Of a DNA stretch of 64,000 bases, positions 36,537 through 47,129 are shown one piece after another. The stretch's first letter is position 1; every line of letters starts with the position of its first letter. The notes below the pieces were generated by a model. That model made no database searches. It was not told the origin of the DNA and saw only the letters and a list, made by a program, of their open reading frames with translations. The stretch lies in assembly GCF_006345805.1 (NCBI RefSeq), contig NW_021836127.1, positions 62,001 through 126,000 on the forward strand, written 5' to 3'. Both the position numbers and the translations under genes were made by a program. The DNA is from Octopus sinensis. Taxonomy: Eukaryota.

Positions 36537-38699
36537 CAGTGGTTCTCAAACTTTTTTTCCTTGCGTACCCCTTGCCATCTAAATAATTTTTCGCGTACCC
36601 CTTATCGATTTTTAAAAAATTAAGGAAAAAAAATATTTAATTAATGAGATGGATGGTGTTGTTTATCAATCACTAATCTATCGATTTCTGGATCCTTTGA
36701 CGAAAGACACACCCGAATATCATGAACAACATTCAGCCTCGCACGATGAACTGATTTTAAATTAAACAACGATGAAAATCCTTGTTCGCAGAGATATGTA
36801 GTCGGAAACAAAAGCAAAAAATCGATTATATAAAATCCAATATTGTGATATTTTGATGTCATTTTACACCAAAATTCAATTAATGGTGCAGATTCAAATA
36901 AGATTTTTGACTCGTAAGAATTTATTAATTCAATAACTTCTTCTTGAATATTTGAAGGCAAAACATTAACTTTTACGGAAAAAGGATTGACAAAAAACTT
37001 AAGATCTACTTCATTAATTTCAGGTATATATTTTTCAATTTCATTCTTCAATCCAAGTAAATGGGAAGTTATTTGATGTTTTAAATTTTCTATTTCATTT
37101 AATTTTAGATGGAAAATGTTTTCATTCAACTTATCAAACATAGTAAAATTAGAATTTGTTGTATTATCTATCCACAGTTGGAGCTTCATACGAAAAGACC
37201 TACAATATTGCATTATTTCGTAAAAAACCTTGTTTTTTCTAAAAAGTCAACAATGGTAACTCCCTTAGTTTGTACCGATAAATTCAAAGCATTAATTCGC
37301 GAAAAAATGTCCGTTAAATAAGATAGCATTACACCCCAATACATATTTGATAACTTTGATAAATATAAATTTTTATTTTCGCGAAGAAAATATTCATAAA
37401 TTTCATTCTTCAAACTGTGCACTCTGGAAAGAACATTTCCTTTGGATAACCATCGAACTTCTGTGTGATATAGTAAAACCTTCTCATCTGAACCAAATTC
37501 TTCACAAATTGAATAAAAAATTCGCGAATTTAAAGGACTTTTTTTGATATGATTGACAATTTTAATAACATCGTCAAGAACATTTTTAAGTTCAAGAGGC
37601 ATTGTCTTCACAGCAAGAACATAACGATGCAACATACAGTGAAGATGTTTTACATTTGGATTGACAGATTGTACTCTACCTCGGAAACCAGAGTTACATC
37701 CAAGCATAGCTGGTGCTCCATCTGTGGTGCATGCACTAAGATTTTGCCACAATAGGCCTATCATAAGTAAAAAATCAAAAATGTACCTTCTGTTTCAAAA
37801 AAACAATTAACTGCATCGAAAATATCAGAACCTTTTGTGTTTAAAGGTAAGGAATAGTTGAACAAAAATTCTTCCTTAATATTTTCCATATAAATATATC
37901 GCACATAAACGAGTAACTGAGAGCAATTTGCTACATCTGTTGATTCATCCAATTGAATTGAAAATTTTTTAAAGGCAGCACTTTTTATTTCAGTAATGAC
38001 CTAATAATAATTAACCAGAAAATAACTTGTTCTTTTATGTTTTCGGATAGATCTCGTATTCTTCTATTGACGGTATCATTTGAACATGGAATTTTTCGAA
38101 CAATATGCTCCAATTTATTGCCAGGGAAACATTCAAACATGTCCTTAATGCACGGTATAATAAGATTCTCGGCAATTGTATGTGGTTTTTTGGCTTTTGC
38201 GATCCGATATGAAATCATGTAAGAGAGTTTTGATAGTAAAAAATTAATGTCAAAATTGAAAGAATCGTCTATTTTCCGAATATTATCTTTTTTGTTCTTA
38301 AAAAGTCATTTGGTTTTCCGATAGTTTCGAAATGATTAGAAACTTGATGCCGAGAAAGTAATGAAGGTTTCATGGATTCAGGGCAAAGAATCTTTTGGCA
38401 AATAATACACTGCGGATGTGGCACACCGTTTTTAATCACAAAATAAAATCCATAGTTGAGATAACTATCGTTGTATTTTCGAATCTTGTTAACAGGTAAA
38501 CTCATAAGAAAAACTAGTAGCGTGGAGATTTATTTTATTATTAATTATTTAATTTAATTATGATTTTTATTATAATTAGAATTAATAACTTTTTTATGTT
38601 GAAACGAAAATTAAATAGATTTTCAAAAAATTTTCGCGTACCCCCTACAGAATTTCGCGTACCCCTAGGGGTACGCGTACCCCAGTTTGAGAACCACTG
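36537..38699 (-). mobile_element. Young Buster (ZBED5-like) hAT, copy 1, with spliced transposase
   Basis: Perfect TIR CAGTGGTTCTCAAACT; TSD CTCTAAAG on both sides. BED finger, FSIQLDESTDV, CTTDGAPAM, HCMLHR, TEVRWLSKG, TTYLCEQGFS. Three micro-introns and one homopolymer frameshift near 38300. Confidence 0.97.
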
Positions 38700-39149
38700 C
38701 TCTAAAGGTTCTCTTTCCTTAACGTTAACAAACGGGCCAGTTACATCCATTCTCTACATTGGCTGTTTTACGCGGGAATTGTTTCTCAATCCTGCGAGTT
38801 GTTACTTAATAACCGTTTTCCATTTATTATAAATGTTTAAATATTTATAATCGGTATGAAATAAACTCTCTCAAATTTGCCATTTTTGGTTCCTGTCAAA
38901 GTTGTGACGAATTTAAGAAATAGAAAATTTCAGAAGTTAATCAATAATTTTAAAATATTTATTTAAAACTTCTCTTCAGGTGTAAACAATTTCAGGTGTA
39001 AACAACCAAATTTGATTTTATTTCTTCTTTTTGTTCTTAAAAGTTTTTTAATCTCCTAATTGCTGTAATAAAGACAACATCCTTTTCGTTTTCAATTTTC
39101 TCAAAAAGATCCTTTTAAATTTCACATAAATTAGATGCTATTTTATTCT

Positions 39150-40000
39150 TGTTGAAGGTTCCCACTTTAATAGCTTCTTCATTGATGAATAGTATCTCAC
39201 TTTCATTCAATAATGATGTTATCGCTCCAGCATCTATCGCATTTTTTCAAAATAATTTATCGAAATAAATTTTCTGTTTACAATATTATCGTAAATATCT
39301 ATCTTTAATAATTTTTCTTTAACTATACTCAGATTTACAAACCGTGTGAGTATATCCGCTTTTTTTGAAGTTTAAAACAATTTTCGATCGTTATAAAGAA
39401 TCAATCTTCCTAAGCCATTTTTATAAACATAACGGTGTCTCTAAAGTTCAAATGTTTATATGATTCAAATACCGATATTTTCTTTTTTCAATTATCCACT
39501 AAGAAACTCCAATTTTTGTCTATTCAAATGGATTTCTAACTTTTAAATAATTCCCAATTTATGATTTCCAGACATATTTGCGCATAACATCACATATATT
39601 TTATCTTTGAAGTTTTGTGTATCCTCCGAACGTAGTCCTACAGATACTTCTAGATTAAATAAGCTTGTAGAATATTACAGTTTGATGTATCTGATCCCTG
39701 TTATATGACATTAAAAGTTCTTTAAATTCTTCGAACAGCACTTCAATGTCAACACTTTTGTCAATAGACATGATTACATATAATTTCTTCATCCGAAATC
39801 CATGCTTTTTCTTAAATTTAGACAAAAATTCATAAAAATTTTGAAATATTAAAAAAAGCTGCTTAACAAATATTTCTGCTTTACTTGATATTAATACACC
39901 TAAAAATTTAAAAACACTAAAATATACATTTTGACTGTAGCCTTTATACCGCAACATTTGCACTTTTGTTGAGTCTTGTATATCGACCACCAGAATCACA
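39150..40000 (-). mobile_element. Degenerate Tigger/pogo transposase
   Basis: FLSKFKKKHGFR, Y.RDQI, VMLCANMSG..KL. Confidence 0.55.
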
Positions 40001-40039
40001 ACGAAGCATGGTAGTAAAATAGAGTTTTACTGTTTATTA

Positions 40040-40445
40040 TTAAAAGCACGTACACAGAACCGAAGAAGGTCCCGTTTGTGCCGCAAGTTCAAAAATCTTG
40101 TTCATCAGGCTTCTCTATCTGGGTCTGCTTTGAGCATATACTTGTAGGTCTTCAAGGTCGTCAGCACATCCAAGTTTTCTTCCAATTCTGTGTATAGCAA
40201 AGCCAAGTCCGTAGTGGTTACATTCGGAGTTTAGCAGTATGACTCTATACTCTCCGTAGCTCTCCTCAGCTGCATCCCTTAATTTAGTTTCCTTATATGA
40301 TGTTAAATTATGTGTCAAATCCTCCCTTTTCGGCTCTTCTTTTAAACCTCGGACATTGAATGACGCCAAAGTAAGCTCATTATTCAAAACGTGCGAAAAA
40401 GACATTTGTTTTAAGAACCACGTCAACAGTTCAACCAAAAACACT
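40040..40445 (-). mobile_element. Bipartite (internally deleted) RTE derivative
   Basis: MSFSHVLNNELTLASFNVRGL..ETK..GLGFAI is joined to RKLGCADDLEDLQVYAQSRPR. Same ends as 32935-33400 but a different deletion. Confidence 0.7.
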
Positions 40446-40553
40446 TAACAACCTTTATAATGAACTTACTATTGTTTATTAAAAAACATAAATTAAAAAA
40501 AGTTTCTATTGTTTTAATTTTCAGAATTAAAAAAAGTTTCTATTGTTTTAAAA

Positions 40554-41438
40554 ATGTATGAAAAGTATCTACCGGATAGGGAACTTGACAAATTGTGCTG
40601 CCTCCTGGATAAGATGCTTTATACTTGTCCAGAAGATCCTATGTCTGCGCTTCGTTTTTGTACAATCCCGTTCTATAACGCAGGAAATGCTGTACTGTCA
40701 AGGGTGGTTTCCTTGTGTGAAGCTTTTCCAAGGGAACTAGAAAGGGCTGTCATGGTTGAGTCATTATTCGCCCCTGCACACGTGAATGAGGTGAGCCGGT
40801 TCATAGGCCACTGTTTTGAGGTATTAGATCCGGATCACCTTTGTATATATCAAAAAGGTTTGGGTTTAGTTAAAGCCTCGGCGTTCAGCTCTATGTCCCT
40901 GCCTGGTTACTTTATGTACACCAGTGCGATCGCTGCAATGATTAAGCATCCAAAATTTATGTTTTCTAGATCCATCACTCCGAATCCACAAGCTATGGTT
41001 AATGGATTTCTCTTCGCAATAATGCATGAAACATATAGAACAACAGGAGAGACTCCGGCTCTAACTGCACAGGAGTATGCAATTGAGAAGGCAATAAAAT
41101 ATGACCTCTCTAAGAACGTCCCATCGGAGAATCCGAGAAAAAGGCTCACTGATGCGAAATATGAAAACTATTGGCAGATAATTGAAACTGATGAATACAA
41201 AAAGGTGGAACAGGATATGGCCAGGGTGATTAACCCTTATACTTCTTTGGGTGTGAGATTAAGAAGAAGAATGTGGTATCACCCTTACTTAACTCCCCAA
41301 GAATACGATCATATCAAATCGCGGGTCGGAAACCAACGGAAAAGAGAAGGCTCGTTGCTTGAGGTTTTTACCAATTATGAGGCTATCTCTCACCCTGACA
41401 TAACTTTTGCAAGTTCTGAAGGGAAAAAATTTATATAA
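40554..41438 (+). CDS. Endogenous viral element: rhabdovirus-like nucleoprotein (N), 5'-truncated, open frame
   Basis: Intronless 294 aa, less AT-rich than the flanks. Gapless similarity to VSV N as I recall it: DKLCCLLDKMLYTCPEDPMSALRFCTIPFYNAGNAVLSRVVSLC vs TKIVAAVDMFFHMFKKHECASFRYGTIVSRFKDCAALATFGHLC; NEVSRFIGHCFEVLDPDHLCIYQKGLGLVKASAFSSMSLPGY vs DEMVQMMLPGQEIDKADSYMPYLIDFGLSSKSPYSSVKNPAF; C-terminal REGSL vs REKTI. Confidence 0.85.
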   Translation: MYEKYLPDRELDKLCCLLDKMLYTCPEDPMSALRFCTIPFYNAGNAVLSRVVSLCEAFPRELERAVMVESLFAPAHVNEVSRFIGHCFEVLDPDHLCIYQKGLGLVKASAFSSMSLPGYFMYTSAIAAMIKHPKFMFSRSITPNPQAMVNGFLFAIMHETYRTTGETPALTAQEYAIEKAIKYDLSKNVPSENPRKRLTDAKYENYWQIIETDEYKKVEQDMARVINPYTSLGVRLRRRMWYHPYLTPQEYDHIKSRVGNQRKREGSLLEVFTNYEAISHPDITFASSEGKKFI

Positions 41439-41600
41439 TAAAAAAGTATCATTCCAAAATTTTTGAAGTTGACGAGATGACCCTTTTCCCATTTGAGAGC
41501 GGAAAAGTCCTCGTATGGGATGCAACCTGTTGGGATACATTCTCTGCTTCACATCTAACCTCGTGTGCTCTAGAGGCTAAATCAGTTCGACTCCCTCGAG
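41430..41600 (+). mobile_element. CRE-like RLE fragment with AT-rich leader; second copy at 63894-64000
   Basis: FPFESGKVLVWDATCWDTF matches 35280-35700. The leader TTTATATAATAAAAAAGTATCATTCC..CCCTTTTCCCATTTGAGAGCG recurs at the window end. Confidence 0.65.
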
Positions 41601-41699
41601 CAACCATTTTGTTGTATAGACCTCAAAAATATTTCTGTACCAGTCTTTTGTTCTTTACAATAAAAAATTCTGTTCTGTTATTTGTCATTTTATAATATT

Positions 41700-41807
41700 T
41701 ATCTTGACAAAATAGATTTTGAAATAGAATTCAAATATTTTTTTTGAATTTTTTTCCAAGTCCGAACGTATAACCACCTAGGCTCGGTACACCCTAGGCC
41801 TGTGACA
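41700..41807 (+). mobile_element. Terminus of a Ginger-like element; second copy ends at 52809
   Basis: AAGTCCGAA..CCACCTAGGCTCGGTA(A)CACCCTAGGCCTGTGACA|TAAT is shared with 52758-52813, which follows integrase-like coding sequence. Confidence 0.5.
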
Positions 41808-42278
41808 TAATAATTTATAAAAATAATATAACAATTTTAAAAAAAAGTCTAAAAAAATATAACAATAATGATTAAAATTTGGTAGAAATTGATCATTTTA
41901 GATTTTAGGGCGCTAAAATACAAGATCGCCAAATCCGGGAACAAATAAATAAAAGTTTGCCATAAGAATATAAAGAATAGAACTTTCTATCAAATAATAA
42001 GGTGAAATTCAATGAATAAAGATAAATGAGAAGATTTCAAATAAGCGATATAAACACATTGAAAGAATAAACTGACAAATATTACAAAATGATGAAATTT
42101 CAGATAATTTATTAATTAAAAGAAACTACATCGCAAAATATTCCTTCTAATCCAATTAAATAAAAAAAAAGATTGACCAAATAATGCAAAAGGTATGTCA
42201 AAAGAGTGCTCACACGTGCCACAATTTATTATGTTTTCTATTAATAATTCGGGTAACTAAAAATTAAGATAATTTTAA

Positions 42279-43270
42279 TTAATCACTTCCGATATCGTCA
42301 AGCACTGTAGGCTTTTCCATAATTTTAGCGATCAAGTGAGAACAAATGCACAGGCATAGGTTGTCTTCGCCGTAGGGCAATTGGTGGTTCGGCACTTCAG
42401 ATGTCCTGACGAAAACACCAAGTTTGTCAGTGATCTTCTTCAGTGTTCGACCATCCTGGTTGCTTAATCGACATCCAAACGCCGTATGCTTCGAGTTTAG
42501 GTCTCCGATAAGAAGGCAGTTAGCGTTATTTGAGAAGAAATCGTTAATCAGACTGATGCAGGGAGGAAAATATTTGCAGTATATTCCACCGACCTTTAGC
42601 CAGAAAGATTCAGTTTTCACCTCAAGGGAGAGGAATTCACATAGTGTCCCCTCGATGATAGTGAGGTTACGGACTTGGAGTTTTTCGCAGTAGTAGATGC
42701 TCGAGCCAGTCCCAGGCGTAGAGCAGCTACCCCATTTAAAGATCCACTGACCGGTAGCCTAAGAGCTGGTAAAAGTCATCTTCCTTGAGCTTCGACTCGT
42801 TGACGACAATAATGTCTGGATGGCCGCTGTTCACCATCTCAACGAAGTCGTGATGCTGTCTCTTTATAGATCGGGCATTCACAGCGATTATATTGATAGT
42901 GGCTATGTTGCTGAATTGCTCCCTTCTAGCAGGAGCTCTTGCAGCATATTCATATCCACTCCAAGTTTGGTCAGGGCTCCTACTCAACGGCGGAAGAATT
43001 CCAGTAGGGCATCTCTGTTGTGTAGGTCCTGATCCAAGTGGGGACCTCTTTATGGCAAAGCTTTGTCACGGTGGGGTTCTGCCTTTTTATGGGGGACAGT
43101 CGAGCGGACCACTTCTGAGTTATGGCACTCATTAGTGTTTGACTTCAAGCTTGTGAGTGTGCTGGGGGCCGGCGACGTCTGAATAAAGACATATTGGCTT
43201 CCAATGGCTTCCAATGGCGGCATGCAATTAACACCTTGCGAATCCACGCCCTTTTCTCATAAATCCACGA
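42279..43270 (-). mobile_element. 5' part of a Jockey/I-group-like LINE (ORF1 end plus APE), truncated
   Basis: INIIAVNARS, DIIVVNESKL, IGDLNSKH and DIGSD. A diverged relative of the LINE at 56.8-63.4 kb. Confidence 0.85.
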
Positions 43271-43738
43271 ACGATGCGGTCAGCAGCGCTCTTAAATCCT
43301 TTTCGCCTAGCAGCTAGGCAGAGATTGAGGACATAAGCCCAAGTCATCTTTGCAGTCTCATTTCTCACGCATTAATCGAAAAGGCCCTCTGCTCATGAGG
43401 ATAATTATATTTTATTAGCATTAGACATTTTCCTTTTCTTTTGATTTGTATTAAGCGGTTCTAACTTAACCAACAGCTGATAAATAATAATATTAAACCC
43501 GTTTGAATGCCGCAGGCTTCGTCAGTCATTTCTCAAGACTGAATTGTTGAGGAAACTTATTTTCTGATTCCTCCCTGTCTATACTAAACAGTTTTAGGCT
43601 AAAGAACTGGAGGTTCCTGTTGCGATTAAAAGCTGCAAAGGAAGCGAGAAGTGCCATGATTTAAACTTGTTATTTTGTCAATAAAGTTGTTAATTATTTA
43701 TTTTTCTTAATAAACATGAACCTTATTAGTTTTAATTA

Positions 43739-46700
43739 TGTCGCGAGCGCATTGAGCGATCGAGCGCTGAGAGCGATCTATCAATGTCAATGATTTTCAA
43801 AAATAAAAATAACATCAAAGTTAACTAAGGTCAATTATTGACAATTAATAAATGATAATTAACCATTATTTAAGTCGTCTTGAATTTTTTTAGTCGCCTT
43901 GAATGAACTTACTTAATCGACCCAGCACTATCTGTGACTTTGACAAAATTGTTAGACAATTTCTCGACAATAGTTACTGGATCCCCATACGGATGTTCAA
44001 ATTTTTTTAATCGAAGGGAGGGATTCGTCCCATAATCTTTTTATACACGAACCTTTAAGTGATTAAAAATAAAATACAATATCTCCAACATCTAACTCAT
44101 ATTTTGATCGATGGATTCCCATCTTCCTATTCATTCTTCTATAATATGAAGACTACAAATTCATCCTCTCAAAATTAAACTGGTACCCATCATCTTTACT
44201 AATAAATTAAAATAAAAAACCTTTATTATAAATGTCGGAATTTTCTACAACTTCCAATTTTTCCATATCAAAACTTTTTGAATTTTCCTGATTCAACAAC
44301 AGTGTTGAATCCAGGAATACCACGATATCTTTGGAATGGAGTAAAGCCTAGAAAATAAAAAATGCAATTTACATGTGGATGAATAAGCTCTCTATTACAA
44401 AAACACAGCTCTTCGAATGTGTTTTATCCACTCTTTTTTATCATTCGAAGCCATCATGCATACAGTCCGACCCCAAATGGGGCACCAAGTGCCCCAAAAT
44501 GCGGGGGTGCCCCAAAAACAGGGGTTTGTTATTTTTTTAAAAATTAAACCATTAATAAACATCAAAAAACATTTTTACTAAAATATTCAGTTATTTTCTT
44601 TTTATTTGTAGAGTTTTGTCTGATATTGTTCGTCAATTTCAGCCGAAAATCAAAAAATCTCGGAGCATACTTGGTGCAACATTAGAAATTTTTTCTTCTA
44701 AATTGTTAAGCAGATCTTTTGTTTTTGCTACGACATTTTCACTATTTTCGGTTTCTGAATATGTATCATAAACATTATTGTTCATGTCTTCGCATTCTCC
44801 ATCATTGTTTCGTTAACAACTTGATCTAAATGTTCATCTGTTAGACAGTTTTTTGTTGCATAAGAATCACGGTTCCTGTCGATTTTCTTCCAACAATTAA
44901 CAATACTTTTAGCATCTATTTTCTCCCATCCTTTTGAAATTAGCATCATAACCTGACGCAAATTTAATTTACCAATAGAATGTGTAAAATCGTTTTCGAA
45001 ATCTTGAAAACATAAAAATTCCATTAAGAAAGAGGAATAATAATCTTTAAAAATCTTGATTATTCCCATATCCAAAGGTTGTAAATAGGGCGTTGTATTT
45101 TTCGGCAAAATAAAAATTCGATGTTCGAACATTCGGCAGTTTTATGGCATCCCGCATTGTCAAGTATTAATAATATTTTTCTGTTGTTTTTGCAAAACGA
45201 TTCATTTATAAGTGTAAGCCAACTCATAAAAGTCTTTCCAGTCATCCATGCATTTTGAGAAGATGAATACAATAACCCAAAATCTTGAACATCAAAATTT
45301 TTTAGACACCGAGGTTTTTTATATTTTCCAATAATCAATGGATTAAGTTTTTCCCCGATTAAACTGCAGCATAGAAGAACAGTGAGTCTTTCTTTCCCTT
45401 GTTTATAACCAAAACACGGTTCGCCTTGTTCAACAAATGATTTTTGAGGAGTTCTTTTTATAAAAAGCGCAGTTTCATCACAATTAAATATATTCTCAGG
45501 TCCATATTTTAATACTTTCTGGTTCTGGTCATTTTTCAAAATAATTTTTCACATAAGATAAATCACATGAAGCTTTTTCACCACATATTGACTTGAATTG
45601 AAGTTCATGCCGCAATTTAAATCTATCAAGCCACCCATTGGAAGCTTTAAAAGAAGTAAATCCAATTTTTGAAGCTGTAACTAAGGCAATTTTTTCAAAA
45701 TAGGGCCTGAAATCGGAATTTTATCTACGCGTAGTCTTTGAAATATTTCAAAGACTTGATCATCAAATTTATCTTTATCGGCTTTAAATGTGTCATATTC
45801 CTCAGAAATAGTATTGCCGTGTTGCAAGAAAGGTACAATATTTCGTTTTATTCTTGATATTGTTCCTTTACTTGTGTTGTACTTTTTCATTAGTTGCCTC
45901 TCAGATAAATTTTTCTTCAAAATTTCTTTAGCAATCTTCAATTTAGTTTCGTAATCCATAACCACAACAATAAAAATATAAATTGAAAATAAAACAAAAA
46001 TAATAATTAATTTATTATAATTTATTTTATTTTTAATTCCTTATAAATGATTTTATGGTGCCCCAAAATTCCATAATTTTTTATCGATTTTTATTTTTTT
46101 TCTGCCAAAATGTACTTTTGGAATAAAGTGCCCCAAAATCCGAGGGTGCCCCACCCCTGGGGTCTGCCCCATTTTGGGGGTCGGACTGTATCTCGAATGG
46201 ACGTCAATCACAGTCAACAACCAAGAATATTTATCATTGTCATTTTCAAACCTTGAAAATAACACAATTTTATACCTTTTTAGGTCAATCATATTAATCT
46301 GAAATCTCTCATTCGATACATCCGCAAAAATATGACTTACGTCGTCATATTGTTTCAGCGGTACTGCAGACTGGCATATATCGCATTCTCTTACCACCTG
46401 ACGAATAACATCTCTTTTAACAAAACAAATCGTTTTCCACACAATTCTTCTAGTGTCCACAATGGTAGCATCGTGGATCTCTTCTGCAATTGTCCTCATC
46501 TCCTGTGTGTTGGATGAGGCAATAACAAGTTTGTTGATAGATAAAGATCTTAAAGATAGAACTTTCCGTCGATTAAAACGAATTTTTTCCGCCTTCTTTT
46601 TTTAGTTTGTACTTCCAAGAAGCTGGATGTTAGGTCTTATCCTTCGAGATAGATTTTATATTTTGTACTCTTCATTATTTTTTATGAAAACTTTGTTAGG
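43739..46700 (-). mobile_element. KRBA2/Ginger2-like integrase element, split by Tigger
   Basis: H..C..C zinc finger (EIHD..ECDICQ), ERFQINMIDL and YSWLLTVIDVHSRY are interrupted at TA by Tigger. The sequence resumes as AxWLR and SSTC|FTPF with a 25-nt intron. The minus-strand end is ..CGCGACA|TAAT at 43739. Confidence 0.65.
44463..46188 (-). mobile_element. Tigger/pogo transposon, near intact
   Basis: TIR CAGTCCGACCCC(C)AAA(A)TGGGGCA with TA TSD. CENP-B HTH, ASNGWLDRFK, IFNCDETALF, RLTVLLCC, DNAGCH, QPLDMGII and W. Broken only by homopolymer indels. Confidence 0.95.
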
Positions 46701-47129
46701 CATCATAACAACGTGATTAGTAGAATAGTTTATTGAGTTTATCGTCCAAAAGTATGGTAGATTCCCCCAAACACCCGCAACGCACTTACAAATTTAAAAT
46801 TTTTTTTAAAAAATTTATAATAATATTTATAAATTCGGCATTGTCATTTCTTTTAAAATATCATATTTTTAATCAAAAAAATTTTCCAAAATTAAGTTAG
46901 AGCCTTATTTCGTGCAGCATGAAATCTACAAGTACCTAATTATTACCTAAGATTAATCTCTATAAATAAAAATAATGATATTATATAAAAATACCCAAAT
47001 TATTTCGAAACTTAAATTTATCATGACAGATGTTGCAGCTGTTGACACATTCTGAGAGGAGTGTGCTGTCCCGAATCTGCACTTTACCACCAAGGGGGAC
47101 CTGTAAAAGTCGGATCCTCCGTTGTATCG

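Noticed and set aside
41415-41450. Rhabdovirus gene-end signal (TATG/CATG-A7)
   Set aside because: Only GGGAAAAAA is present, it is not canonical, and no native stop precedes it.
43495-43540. Hammerhead-ribozyme-like CTGACGA (minus strand); also CTGATGA near 40105
   Set aside because: No GAAA correctly placed after stem II, and the 40.1-kb instance reads as RTE C-terminal coding sequence.
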